Shown: in pieces, positions 23,501 through 38,142 of the stretch
How positions within the stretch are numbered: the stretch's first letter is position 1
How the letters are laid out: each line of letters opens with the position of its first letter
NCBI GenBank assembly: GCA_907165135.1
Contig: OU015569.1
Coordinates: 9,015,889 to 9,079,888 of the forward strand
Source: Oikopleura dioica
Lineage: Eukaryota; Animalia; Chordata
DNA: 64,000 nucleotides
Direction: 5' to 3'
Notes under the pieces: model-generated
Databases searched by the model: none
Told to the model about the DNA's origin: nothing
Seen by the model: the letters and a program-made list of their open reading frames with translations, nothing else
Translations under genes and position numbers: made by a program

Positions 23501-24003
23501 TAGTCATTAAGAAACCAAAAAATCTAGTTCGTGGGTACTTTTCAGTCATTTACAAAACCCTTTATCATTTATTGCATGCATCAAGGTCTTCCTGCGAAAA
23601 AAAACTCACTCTTTCGCCCGAAGAGCTTCTTATTCTCAAAATATAGACTGGATCGACTAACTTTTTCTTTCTCAACGCGACTTGTATCGAGTATCCAGTT
23701 TGTAATTATGAGTTTGTTTTATTTGGAGTGGTGCTCTATAATCACATTTTCTGTAATTATAGCTGACGAGGATTCGCATGATCCCGCGCCAGATTCTGGC
23801 GAACATTCAGAACCAAATACTGAGGAGGTTAAGACGGTAGACGTCAAAACTGAAGCCGGCGAGGAGGCAACCCCTGCCGAAGGCGACAAAATTTCAACAG
23901 ATGCCAAACCAGAACCATCCCCGACGAGCGAACCTCAAACTATCCCCAAAGACGAGAAACCAGCCACGCCTCCTCCGACGTCAGGGGCCACTTCTAGTGA
24001 CTA
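20539..24003 (+). CDS. PPP6R: Serine/threonine-protein phosphatase 6 regulatory subunit (SAPS-domain protein, SIT4-associated protein family).
   Basis: Exon 1 (20539-20556) reads MYWNMM. Exon 2 (20602-20654) reads GQYDSPQIENLLQREDL, compared with human DLHSSSHIDTLLEREDV. Exon 3 (20699-20956) reads ...ISELLDEDSIINELIHRNEKLIQYLAKEDTLKAMLDYITKD... Exon 4 (20998-21314) reads EELTSQLLDMLQCEKDLNPLLACFFSKIIGSLMKQHPEDTWTLLKNRDNFVDDIMRHMSTSGISDLIMRLVVCP..., compared with human ...[57 protein letters not shown]. A microexon at 21436-21498 reads AARCPLLNRLTQKSTIEKGN. The exon starting at 21621 reads VIAQMLVEPINSAIVASTGSILSTYLEKV... Later exons end at ...SAPKRKNS at 23418. Alternatively a GTAAGA donor at 23414 splices to a final acidic exon at 23760-24003, P DEDSHDPAPDSGEHSEPNTEEVK...TSGATSSD. 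Confidence 0.8.
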
Positions 24004-25242
24004 ACTTATTTGAAAGTTCCTCTATCACCTCATTCTAAGTAATTTTCAATTTACAAGATGGACGCGTCCTTCAGCTATACAATCAGCTGCGTCCACTACC
24101 GACTAACTTATTTTATTCAATTTCCCCTTTCTTTCCTTGTCAATGAATTCTTTCCTCTACAAGTTCCTGCAAAGTTGCTTATGTTTTTCGCTTGCACTGT
24201 TCAGAGCACTTGTCGGATGCAGGCTGATTTGTTCGTCACAACAGACATTTATGTACAGTTTTCCTCTCCATTAAAACACATACTTTCACATATTGTCGAA
24301 CATGCTCATCGCGAGAGCAAAACGGACTGTCTACTACGTATTTCAACACTCGCGTCCCCAATCTAAATTAAACCCTCGATGCTACAGATACAATTATATA
24401 TAACTCCTCCTAAAAGTTCAAAATGTATGTTTTTGGTCTGTATATACTCAACAAAATTCAACAAGGCTAATATATGCGTTATTTTGTTTTCCTTCTTTAT
24501 TTTTTAATACGAGTTGAAATTCTGTGCCGCTCTGTTCAAATCCTTGCTAACAGATCGTTTTAAATGCGACGCACCGCCAGTATCTAGAACTCAAGTAAAG
24601 TGGTATTGTCTTTTCGAGGGAATAAGATTCTCTATTGACGGCCTAAGAGGATTCTTCCTCGCTCGGGAAGATCTGCTACTGAATTATATCAAGAGTTAAT
24701 TCTTCATTTTATTTCATATTTATTAAACAAGTGCATCCATGAAATGTGACGCAACCTTAAATAAACGAATACCCTAAAAAACAATTAACCCGAGTTCAAA
24801 ATAATTCCTCATCTTTTGGAAAGATTTGGAAAACGCTCTTCAGTATCTTTATTCACGAATGGAAGAAGCTAGTTTGGACTACGAGATCTATCATTTTAAG
24901 TTTATTGATTAAATATGCAATGCGCCAAAATCCTTAAATAAATCCCCTTTATAACATCGCACCCCGTATATATTTTATAATTCATTCAGCTCTACTGCGT
25001 CTATCGCGTTTTTATCTTGGCGGAAATTTAGAATATCAGATTTTTTTGCTGTGCAAACGTGAATACATAAAGCCATGATAATGAATGATTTAAAAGATAA
25101 ATAAATTTTAATTAGCACGACTGAAGGGCTAAAAGAAAACTTGTTCAGAAAGGGGAGCATGCTTCGGCACTCAAAAAGATTCTCCAGTCTAGTTACTGAC
25201 AGGGCTGGAAAGCAGTGGAAGATCAGCGGTAAATCAATAAGT

Positions 25243-25886
25243 TCTAGCGAGATCGGTTTTTAAATTTCGAATTCTAGTCGCTGCGCTGATAAACAGAAGG
25301 CCACTTCTAACAGAGTCGCTTGATCCAGAAATCGCTTTCCTTTTCGATCATTCTATTGAGGCACAATCGCGCGACTCTTGCTTGTCTGAGTGGGAAAAAG
25401 TCGCCAACGATCAAGAGCAAATGATCAAAGACAAAGCCGCCGGAAAGATCTTGGGCGAGCTGCCTTTCTCAGAGTCCAAAACCAACATTCGCGATAGAAA
25501 GCAACTTGTCCTCAACGCGCATTTAGACAAAGAACTGAATTTTCAGAATTCTAGCTTCAAGGCGCCGCATGACGAACTTGTTTTAGTCGATAAGAATGGA
25601 CAATTACCCAAGATTAATTTAGATCCAAGTAAGTTAGCGCCATACTGATCGCGCTTTCCAAATATCTATTTTTCTGTTATTTTTAGATCTAGATGCGTTG
25701 GAGCTCGCTCAAAAAGCATCGGAATCAACGGGGGAGAATATTGAAATCAGCTTCACTTCACCCTATCCTACTGGACACTACGAAGTAGTCTTCGATGAAA
25801 AGCGATCTTCAGAAGAAAATTGTTTTGGAGAAAAAGTATTTATTTACCATGGGCACGGTTTCTTGTTGACAAGAAGTTGTTGTTGA
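25243..25886 (+). CDS. Hypothetical coding exons, either an unassigned gene or 5' exons of the downstream ECT2-like gene.
   Basis: An open frame at 25243-25648 reads ...LTESLDPEIAFLFDHSIEAQSRDSCLSEWEKVANDQEQMIKDKAAGKILGELPFSESKTNIRDRKQLVLNAHLDKEL...LPKINLDPSK and ends at a gtaagt donor. The next segment, 25698-25848, reads DLDALELAQKASESTGENIEISFTSPYPTGHYEVVFDEKRSSEENCFGEK and ends at a gtattt donor. There is no ATG at the 5' end of the first segment. Confidence 0.25.
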
Positions 25887-26373
25887 CCTTGCGCGGAGTT
25901 GAAATTTTACCAACCGTTAGATAGCAGATCTCGCGCCAGAAATGAGGGCGCAACGACAACGCGCAAAACGCAAAGCATCGAAAAGCGATCATTTATGTTT
26001 TGACGCTTTTGAGGATACAGTTTTTTATATCAACAAACGAGAAACCTCGAGAGATATATTATTAACAAATATGATCCCTTGACGGATTCTTTATGGGTGC
26101 AAGCTGAACCCCATTTTTTGAAGCAAATTAAATCCGCTAAAACTTCAAGTGAGGCGAATATAAGTCAAACTGTGCTAGACTGCCTTTAGGAGCGATAAAA
26201 ATATCCAGATGCGTGAGTTTAACGACTCTATTATTCAGAATGAGTGGCAATATTGCAATTTTTGCGGAGAAATCGGTCTTAGGATGCGAGGAAGTAAATT
26301 CTGCTGTCCGTCGACTAAAAGAAACGGTGAGGACGTTACAGTCATACATTAATGTTAACCCATGTAAACCTCT

Positions 26374-29211
26374 AGGCGGGTTTTGAGTGCGTTGAATTCA
26401 CGACATTCGACGATGTTCGTGAAAATCAAGCGGCGTTTGACGGCGACGATCTTATATTCTTGGTAGAGGACTTCAGCGGACCTCTATTCGAGTCGATCCT
26501 TCGCAATTTCACGCAAAGGGAACCAAAGATTACCATCTTTGGGAAATCCTACTTCCTGTACGTTTGCGAGGATCGAGAGAACGAGGGCATCAAATATAGC
26601 AGAGGGCGGCATATTTTCAACACCGCACTCCTCGGAAAATGTAACGTTATAAAATTGAATTTCACCATCTTATAGGGAAATTTAGTTGTCGTCGTTGGGG
26701 GAGGTCCTAGGTCGACCAATAACAAGTCTAACAAGCTCTGCAAGTACATGGGCGCGCAGGTGAAGGACCAGATCTCCCTGAAAATCGACTATCTTTTCAC
26801 AACGAATATGCGCACGAAGAAATACGTCGATGCATCGAAATTTAACGTGCCGATATATAAGCGTGAACTCATCTTCGATATTTGGGAGAAACGAAAGAAT
26901 CCTAATTTCTTCCGCGAGTTGTCCGAGAACAAGGAAGATCTTGACAAGTGGCGTCCGCCACCTTTCGAGGACTACAAAATGCGTTTTATGGGTTTTCCAG
27001 ACGACGAAGCAGCCCAACTGCAGGAAGAACTTATGAATCACGGTGGGAGGATGGTACATAAAGACGATCCGGATTTGGACCTCATCGTTATTCCCAACGA
27101 CATGCCAAAACCAGTTTCCATTAGCACCGACGATCTCGAGAAGATGGTTGTCGTCGAATGGTTCTGGTCATGTATTCAGGTAAACACATCGGAATCAAAT
27201 TTCCGGCTCGTTTTTATAGCTGTTCAGAAGGCGGCAGCTCTCCTCTTTTTTACAACAGATAGGTGCGATAACACAAATTTAGGTCGGATATCGGTTAGAT
27301 TCGGCCCAGTACCCACCTTCCTGGTACGGAAAAGTATATGAGACGATGCTGGAGAATACCGAATATGCCGATGAGTCAGGAGGCGTTTCTTTGATTGCGT
27401 CTCCTAATCGCTTGAATGTCAGCAAATCGGGAGAGACACGATATGAACTTCTTAGAGACCTGGCACTCAAGTTTGGAATTACTGACGCTGAGATAGACGG
27501 TAGTAAAGGACTTTGTATTGAAACTGATCAGTTATTTAGACTTTGATGATCCTCAAAAACCAGTAAAATCTCGACGAAGCCTTCTCACAGCGGTTGTCGA
27601 TGGCGTTTCGAAAAAGCGTGAGACGGGCAAAGACGATGCCCAGGAAAAAATAGAGAAAGCTCGAGTAGCCAGAAAATTCATCTGCAGCGAGATCAGTACG
27701 GTCGAGAAAAACTACGTGAAGATCCTTCAGCATATAATCAGCGAGTACAAGTCGAAACTTGAGGAAGCGAGGCTAATTCCAGAGGCAGAGTGTAAACAGA
27801 TTTTCGGAAACTTGGCAGAACTCTGCAACATCCATACGGAAATGAATGACGCCATTGAAGGAGAGATGAATAATTGGTCTGACGAAACTCAGCTCGGCCA
27901 AATGATCGGCGGCTACGGCGATCGGCTGCTCAAAGAATATCCGCCTTACATAAACTACCTTGAGCACTCGCTTGAAAAAGTCAAATCACTAACCGAGAAG
28001 AGCACGAAATTCCGCGCCTTTCTGAAGTCGACTCAAGCCCGCTCAACTTACAAATTCGATCTTGTTGACATGCTGACTCGGCCAGTTCAGCATCTTCCTC
28101 GCTACTTGCTCCTCTTAAAAGATCTCAAGGCGAAAACAGAGGTTATGAACAAAGACCACAAGGATATAGGTAAGACGCAAACAAGTGATTAGAAAAGTAA
28201 AGTTGTTTCAGAGCATCTCGATAAAGCGCTAGAAATCATTCACAAAGTGACGAAAACAGTCAATCAAGCCCGTGGAAAAGCTGAAGATCAATTTGCTCTT
28301 ATCGACCTGCTGAATAACGAGATTGATAAATGTCCCATGTATCTTATATCTGCGCAGCGAAGAATCGTCGCCCGTTACAACTGCGTCGGGCTCGACGCAT
28401 CAGCCTGTCTCGGAACGAAACTCAATGATAAACTCTGCGTTATCCTATTCAAGTAAGCCACACTTTTATTCGACTCCTACGCATTTCTCCTAGTGACATA
28501 CTGATGATCTGTCAACGACGCAGCTCGAGAAAAGTGAGGCGTCAACCATCAGATCGCGGCGCTACTCCCGGCCGAGGAACTTCGAAGAAAGAAGCTCTGG
28601 AATACAAAATCCATTTCTCTCTCACGAAAGTGGTTAACGTGCTAAGAGTAAAAGAAACTTCAGAGGTTCAAAGGTGCATCTCCATCGCAATATTATTGCC
28701 GATAAATCACAAAGAACAATGTAAGTTAAATAAATCACGTAAGTGGCTTCGTTTATAAATGCATGTTTGTAGTGTCTCTTTTCACTCACCAGATCGGAAA
28801 GGATGAGGACAAGGAATCAATTTTGACAACACTGTGTGATACGATAATAAAAGACCGGGATGGCGATCGAGAAATGATGAAAGATATTATTTCCGAGACT
28901 GAGCTCAGCAATCTCAACATTAATCTCAAGGTAATTTGTTTGGTTTGTATGGTCTTCGTGTTATTATTGACTAAATATAGAGGTTGATGAGAGAACAGGC
29001 CACACGGCAGGCAACTGAGCCGACTGGGAGCTTGCCAAAGCCCAAAAAAGTTCGCGATGACATTAAAGTCCATAGTCACAGTCATCGCAAGCATAGTTCT
29101 CAGCAAGAATATGCGGTTCACATAACATCAGGGACTCGTAGCTTACGCGATCTCCCGAATAAAATGCGGAAATACGTTAAAAGTGCAGCCGATCTTTGGT
29201 CGCAGCACTGA
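26374..29211 (+). CDS. ECT2: ECT2-like Rho guanine-nucleotide exchange factor (pebble/ECT2 family) with an XRCC1-like N-terminal region, BRCT repeats, a DH domain and a PH domain.
   Basis: The exon from about 26374 reads ...AFDGDDLIFLVEDFSGPLFESILRNFTQREPKITIFGKSYFLYVCEDRENEGIKY... The BRCT region, 26748-27180, reads ...NVPIYKRELIFDIWEKRKNPNF...MPKPVSISTDDLEKMVVVEWFWSCIQ. The DH domain, 27518-28190, reads ...RRSLLTAVVDGVSKKRE...VEKNYVKILQHIISEYKSKLEEARLIPEAECKQIFGNLAELCNIHTEMNDAIEGEMNNW...YPPYINYLEHSLEKVKSL...FRAFLKSTQARSTYKFDLVDMLTRPVQHLPRYLLLLKDLKAKT... PH-like exons at 28200-28930 read ...HKVTKTVNQARGKAEDQFALIDLLNNEIDKCP... The C-terminal exon, 28984-29211, ends with a stop. Further exons may lie at 29280-29780. 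Confidence 0.8.
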
Positions 29212-30560
29212 CCCGCACAAATATACCTTGTATATTTTTGTAAATTGTCGCTTACACTCACTAACACTCGCTCACGTCTCTTCAGGAAATTAATCAATCA
29301 GGAGCAACGACGGCCAAAAAGATAAAACTAACTATGGCGAAAGGGCTCAAAAAGTTTAGTTCAAGAGCGCATCTTGAGCCAAGCGAGCCGAACTCGTTAA
29401 CTGCTGCTGATCGGTAACAATCATTTCAAATTAATCAAACGCTAATAATCTAACCCACAGCTATGATTCCGACGCTTCGCTTGCATCCATCTCCTCAAAT
29501 ATATCTTTGGTGCAAAACAGTACAGGAGAGGCTGAATTTTTATTCGAAAGGGTTCTTTTTATGCTTCTATATTTTGAAAAAGTTTTGATCGACGCAGCCA
29601 TTCAGCCTTTCAAAGGATTACCGTACAACGACACTCCGTCAAAATACAAGTCTCCGCTGAAGAGCGGTTTCTCCACCGTGCGCGGAATTCTATCTGGATC
29701 CGTCAAAAAGAAAAACCGCCCAAGCAAGCAAATCATCAGCTCCTCAAACTTCGAGTCTTTGGATACACAACACGTATAGTTTTTTTTCCTAATCTCGATT
29801 TTAAAATCCGGTTTTAGGCGTTCCAGCCACCAAAGTCACTTCCTCCTCGACCAACTAAGAAATAGATCGCCGACTGCAGACACCTTCTATTCACCTCTCA
29901 ATCTACCTACTATCATTCCTTCACTGTACACATTCCATCTCTCTTTCCTCTATCCTCACAATTACGCTCAGAACGCTCATTTATTATTCTTCCAACTTAG
30001 TAAACGAACCATTCCCAAACACGCCTTATTACATGAAAACGCAATTCACTGTTTCTTTATATTTAATATCTTGATTTTTTACTGTACATAAATCTTTTGT
30101 CCGTTCAACACTGCTCTTTCACCGCCTTATACTAGGACATTCTATAAATAAAATCCAACAATTCAACAAGAAGCGTCATTATTCGTTCATCTCAAGCACA
30201 ATTAAATTTCAATATGGAGTTATAAACGGTCATATCGCGTCGTGGTTGAGATTTACGAGTTGAGACCTCAGAATAACATTTGCGTCAAAGAAGACCCGTA
30301 CAATTAATCGAATTGGATGATCTGTGCATTACGTGCTCACTGTGCATTTTGCAACTCATCCTTTTCGGCGTCAAACGCGTCAATAATGACTAAGTTGTCA
30401 GGACAACTCCGGATCGTTGGTTGATTAATGTGCGAACACTCCCGAGAGATCTCCCATTGTATAAAGACACTGCCATCGCAGCGAAAGTCTCAAAACAGCA
30501 ATTGAATAAATAGCGAGATAATCAAATATATTTTGAAAGAAAAACTTTTTTTTTAAAGAG

Positions 30561-33442
30561 ATGGGACGTCGTGAGAGTGATTTGTCCGTAGTAAGAGTTC
30601 CGGCTTACTCTTACATCCATGTCATCGACAACAATACAAATGTTACTCGTCTGGAGACAGGTCCACAGGTAACTCTATTTATCAGGACATCAGTTGCTGA
30701 GAACAGCATATTATAGACATTTGTTGCCAAAGACAACGAGAAAATTGTGCTTGATCCGACACCTTTCGTGACCATCCCCGAACGTAGCTTCGCGACCATC
30801 AAGAATCCGGTCGAACGAGATGAAAAAGGTGAAGTCAAGTACGACGATTACGGCGGTGCAAAGCTTCACTTTGCCGACACCGAGATCCGTTTTCACGACT
30901 TCCTTTCTGGTGAAAGATTCCCTCTTTACCCCGGAGAAGTCTTGGAAGGAGAAGTGAAGGAGCTTCGCGTGGTTGCCAAAGATACTGCGCTTCGAATTCA
31001 CTGCACGCAAGACTTCAAAGACAAGGCTGGCACTCAGGTAATAGATTAAAGTTTAATCATTAAAACATTTCATTGTTCTGTCAGAATGTCACATAATGTA
31101 CTAATTTTTATTCATTCAGCGAGTCGCGGGAGAAGAATGGCTCTTTTTCGGTCCAGCTACCTACTACCCCCGCAAGGAGGAGAAGGCTGTTTCAGTAATC
31201 AAGTCGCTTATCATCGGACGTAACCAAGCGGTCAGACTCCGAGCGACTCGTGATCTGGAAGACGCTAACAAGAAAAAACGAGTCGCAGGAGAAGAATGGC
31301 TCATTCGCAAAGTTGGAAACTACCTTCCCGGACCGCACGAAATGGTCATTGAAACTCTGGACTCTCGAGTGCTAACCGATAAAAAGGCACTTCACGTCCG
31401 AGCAACTGGCAACTTCACGGATTTCACTGGAAAAGAGCGAAAGACTGGAGATACCTGGCTAGTCACTAAGGATGACATCGAAGCATTTATTCCTGATATT
31501 TGCGAAGAAGTCGTTCAAGAAGTTGCGGTAACAACCCTGAGCTCGCGCCAGTACTGCGTCATTGAAGATCCCGTCGACGCGAACCTAAAGAATCAGCGAG
31601 GAAAGAAAATCTTGCGTCGCGGAGAGGCATCCTTCTTCTTGCATCCCGAAGAATCCATCCCCAGAGGCATCCAGAACTTCATCATTCTTGGCGAAGACGA
31701 AGGTCTTGTTCTCACTGCGAATGAAGCATTCACAGACGAGAACAATATCTCGCGAGCTCCTGGAGACAAATGGATGTTCAAGGGACCTGGCGAGTTTGTT
31801 CCGACCGTGGAGACTGACATCAAGTGTTTGAACAAGGCGATTGCGCTTGCGGAAACCGAAGGTGTTTACATTCGAGACATTAAGACCGGACGAGTCCGCA
31901 CGGAAATCGGAACAACTTATCTTCTGAAAGAAAACGAGGAGTTTTGGGAGAAAGAACTGCCAGAGCATGTGACCAAACTCATCGGACTCGACCCATTGGT
32001 CAATCGAAACAACCGCATCGACATCTCCAACGATGTTATTCGTCAACGAGACAACATGCATAAACGCGCTGCTCCAGGTGGATCTCTCTTTGGTGCAACA
32101 AATGCAGAATTCGTGGGTGCTCCAGTCGGCCGAAAGGGATTTCCTACTACCGTAGTTCCCAAAGCAGCGCGGGTTGTTTCCCTGGAAGTGCCCCAAAATG
32201 CTGCTTGTCAGCTGTACGATTTCAAGGCCAAGAAGTCGCGTGTTGTGTTCGGTCCCGAGCTTGTGATGTTGCAGCCAGATGAACAATTCACTGTGCTGTC
32301 CCTTTCTGGAGACAAGCCAAAGAAGCCAGGTGTTATCAAGTCACTCGTTCTTCTCCTCGGCCCGGATTTCTGCACCGATGTTGTGGACGTAGAAACAGTT
32401 GATCATGCTCGACTTCGGCTCAATGTCTCTTACAACTGGAATTTCGACACGGACAAGGCCAAGGCGTCCGATGAGGCCAAGGAAAAACTGTTTTGCGTTC
32501 CCGACTTCATTGGAGATATGTGCAAGACGACTGCGTCGCGAATTCGTGCCGCTGTTGCCAGCAAGACCTTCGATGAGTTCCACAAGGACAGTGCCAAGAT
32601 CATCCGAGGATCTGTTCTCGGCTTCGAAGATACTGAGAAAACGAAAGTCAAGGACAAACTTGAATTCCCCAACAACCACTTGGTCATTACATCTGTCGAT
32701 ATTCAGTGCGTGGAACCCGTCGACCAGCGCACAAAGGACTCTTTGATGAAGTCGGTCCAGTTGGCGATCGAGATTACCACAAACTCTCAGGAAGCCAAAG
32801 CGAAGCAAGATGCTCTCCGAGTAGAGCAGAAAGCCAAGGGTGAACTCGAGCGTCAACGAATTCAAGACGACGCCGAAGCCGAGAAGTCTCGTCAGGAGCT
32901 TCTCAAACTCCAAGCGGCTTCTGCTGCGCTCGAATCATGTGGCCAAGCTCAGGCTGAAGCGAAATCAAGAGCCGAGGCTTCCGCTATCGAGTTCCAGGCT
33001 TCTGTTGATCAAGCTCGTCTTCGCGCGGAAGCTCAGAAAATCGAAGCCGATGCGGAGTTAGATCGACTTCAGAAGGCAAGAGACGCCGAAATCGATTACA
33101 TCAAGAAGAAGAACGAGCTTGAGCTCACGAAGCAGCAGGAAGAGTCGAAGCTTGAAATTGCTAAGTTCAAGGAAATGGTCGACGCAATCGGACCTGATAC
33201 AATCCGCGCGATGGCAAGCGCTGGACAAGACAACCAAGTAAAACTTCTCCAGTCACTTGGGCTTACATCTACTCTGATCACCGGTAATTCACTTGCAACG
33301 CGCTTCTTTTAAATATTTATTTCTAGACGGCCGAAGCCCGATCAACTTGCTCAACACTGCCCAGGGATTCATCAGTGCAGCCGGGGGATCAGCCAATTCG
33401 ATGCCTGCTGCTCAGCCACGAATTCAACCTGAAGATTTATAA
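30561..33442 (+). CDS. MVP: Major vault protein, in four exons.
   Basis: Exon 1 (30561-30668) reads MGRRESDLSVVRVPAYSYIHVIDNNTNVTRLETGPQ, compared with the human [24 protein letters not shown]. Exon 2 (30717-31037) reads TFVAKDNEKIVLDPTPFVTIPERSFATIKNPVERDEKGEVKYDDYGGAKLHFADTEIRFHDFLSGERFPLYPGEVLEGEVKELRVVAKDTALRIHCTQDFKDKAGTQ. Exon 3 (31120-33283) reads RVAGEEWLFFGPATYYPRKEEK...RVAGEEWLIRKVGNYLPGPHEMVIETLDSRVLTDKKALHVRATGNF...VVFGPELVMLQPDEQFTVLSLSGDKPKKPG...SVDIQCVEPVDQRTKDSLMKSVQLAIEITTNSQEAKAK...VKLLQSLGLTSTLITG. Exon 4 (33327-33442) reads DGRSPINLLNTAQGFISAAGGSANSMPAAQPRIQPEDL and ends with a stop. The protein is collinear with vertebrate MVP over about 890 aa. Confidence 0.95.
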
Positions 33443-34411
33443 GTTCAAAAAATTCCCAACTCTGCCTTAGGAAATATTCTTTCAATCATCACTTCATTGA
33501 AACACTTTCTACCATTTTAACCTTCTTATCACGAAACCCCTACAGATTGCCTTCATTCTCTTATCAACATTTCAATTTATACACATGTTCTGACAGTTTC
33601 CATCCCTTACGACTTCAAAATGTTAAATAATAAATTCTCGCTCATCAAAAATCACTTGTTACGTGTTTCTCTTGAATTTTGGAAAGTTCTAGAGCTCTTC
33701 TGTCCGGTCTAGGTAGAAGTGGTTCGACTGAGAATATTTTTTTTCATATTTGTTGCGCAAAACATTCCATAGTCTTGGATTGTCTGTCAGAAGATACCAG
33801 AATATCCTGGGGCAACATTTGATCCTATTGTTGAGACGGATATAAGAATGAGATTCTCTGAAGAGATCCGCCATTAGGAATTTTCCCTCGGAGAAATAGT
33901 TAATTTATTAGAAGTTTCTGTCTTCGCGAAAGGCTTTGCGTAATTTCAAAATAATGAAAAAAGTATGAGTAAAGAATTTGACTGCGTTATATTAGGAAAA
34001 ATAGTCGTTATTGAATGTGGTGAGTCACATTGCTGCTTTGTCACGCGCGCAGCGTGTGCGCACACTCTCCGTTCAATCACTCCTTTCCATTTTTACTCTT
34101 GAGTTGGCCGAAAGTCAAGCCTGACACCTTTTTCGGTCATTCGAGGGCCCCTCTATGCGCTCAGGTTGACCTGAACTCGGCGAGTCAGACTCCACCCTTC
34201 GCCGGAATTGAACGCCGAAGGGCGCCAAAGAGACCTTTTTGACCGGACAGTGTTTATTTATTTTCGCCAAATGGGTTTGAAACGGCTCAGAATTCCGAAT
34301 CAACACCACTACTACCATCCATCAAAGAGATTAACCCTTCGCGCACTGTTTTGCACTTCGCAACTTCATCGGGAGTAGCACCTGTCCTGTAACCAACTGT
34401 TCCTAGATTTT

Positions 34412-36982
<2,571 letters not shown>

Positions 36983-37434
36983 GTTACAAGCTTGGCGAGT
37001 AGCCCGCTGCTCGCAAACATCGAATGGAATATAAACTCGAAGAAACTGCACCTATTCACAACCTAGCATAATGTTACTGTTGCCCATCATGTTTCCTATT
37101 TCTCTCCACTATTTGAACTCAAGGTCGTGCCTTAATTCTTCTTTCATTTTCCTTTCTCCCCTCTCTCTATTGAACCTCCCACTTTCCCTCATCGAAAGGT
37201 GCATCTCTTCCTCTTAATATTAATCTATCTTCACACATAGCATCAAAGTCGATTTCCTATTTATATTACTCACATCTGTTCTCTGAAAATCTTCTTGTCT
37301 CGTTATGAAACAAACGAACTTCTGATGAACAACCTTAGGTTACATAAAATAAATAGAATTTGGGAATTATCAAAGATGTCTTATTCAGTCGATTCATGCA
37401 TGTTTATTTGCTCAAGGCATTTTAAAGGACAGTC

Positions 37435-37914
37435 TTACAAAAGGCCGGACGTGGTAGTGCTTCCGGGAGAGGTATCCGCTCTTCCGATCTTTAATCTGAG
37501 GGTATCTTTTCGCTGGATTCTGCGTACCGCTTGCGCAAACGTCACCATTGTATAGTCGAATCCATTGGCCTCGTAAATTTGATCACCGACTTTCAGGCCT
37601 CCTATTTCTGCTGCACTTCCAGGCTCAATTTTGATTATGTAGACTCCCTTATCACTTCAATGTTGAGTTAGAAAGAAGAGTTTCTTCAATTTTCATTACC
37701 CATTTTTGGAGTACGGATTTTGAGCAGGATCCTTGTCGATTCCACCGAAAATTTCAATTCCGAACTTCCCATTTTGTTTGTTTATCTCGTACTCCCAGCA
37801 AGCCACCTCAAAAGCGCTCATTTTCGTTTGTTCGATTACTCTTATTTTCAAAAACGTAAAGAGGGAAGATTTCTTTCCGCCAAGTTGGGCTTTATAGCGC
37901 GGACCGTGAGTCAC
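37435..37914 (-). CDS. TAX1BP3: Tax1-binding protein 3 / TIP-1-like small single-PDZ protein in two exons. The start may be an internal ATG near 37821.
   Basis: Exon 1 on the minus strand reads (MTHGPRYKAQLGGKKSSLFTFLKIRVIEQTK)MSAFEVACWEYEINKQNGKFGIEIFGGIDKDPAQNPYSKNG. An intron follows at about 37650-37695. Exon 2 reads DKGVYIIKIEPGSAAEIGGLKVGDQIYEANGFDYTMVTFAQAVRRIQRKDTLRLKIGRADTSPGSTTTSGLL and ends with a stop. Compare human TIP-1: ...ENLILGFSIGGGIDQDPSQNPFSEDKTDKGIYVTRVSEGGPAEIAGLQIGDKIMQVNGWDMTMVTHDQARKRL. Confidence 0.75.
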
Positions 37915-38124
37915 CCGCTATTAGAATTGCCTCATGTGAATCATGCGCTATAGTAGGTCGTAGAGACGTGCCAGTTTTAACAACTATCAGAGAACTAGGC
38001 CAAACGTTTCTTTTTTATTTTTGGGGACACCATCACAGATAAGGTAATATATTTCACTTTCAGCATTTTAATTATAACCATAAAATTAATCAATCGACTT
38101 GGTTGATCGAGAACACCTTCGAAG

Positions 38125-38142
38125 TTTTCGATCGATCGAAAA
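38125..38142. promoter_or_regulatory. Perfect 18-bp palindrome TTTTCGATCGATCGAAAA in the divergent intergenic region between the TIP-1-like gene (-) and a small membrane-protein gene (+).
   Basis: The sequence is a perfect reverse-complement palindrome and sits in a promoter-like position for both divergent genes. Confidence 0.3.

Noticed and set aside
31585-32286. A 233-aa ORF on the minus strand inside the MVP gene
   Set aside because: It is antisense to the highly conserved MVP exon 3 and shows no motif or homology, so it is an antisense-ORF artifact. The same applies to plus-strand ORFs 8479-8773, 37295-37555 and 44806-45174, and to minus-strand ORFs 44867-45347 and 32341-32913, all of which overlap confidently called genes.
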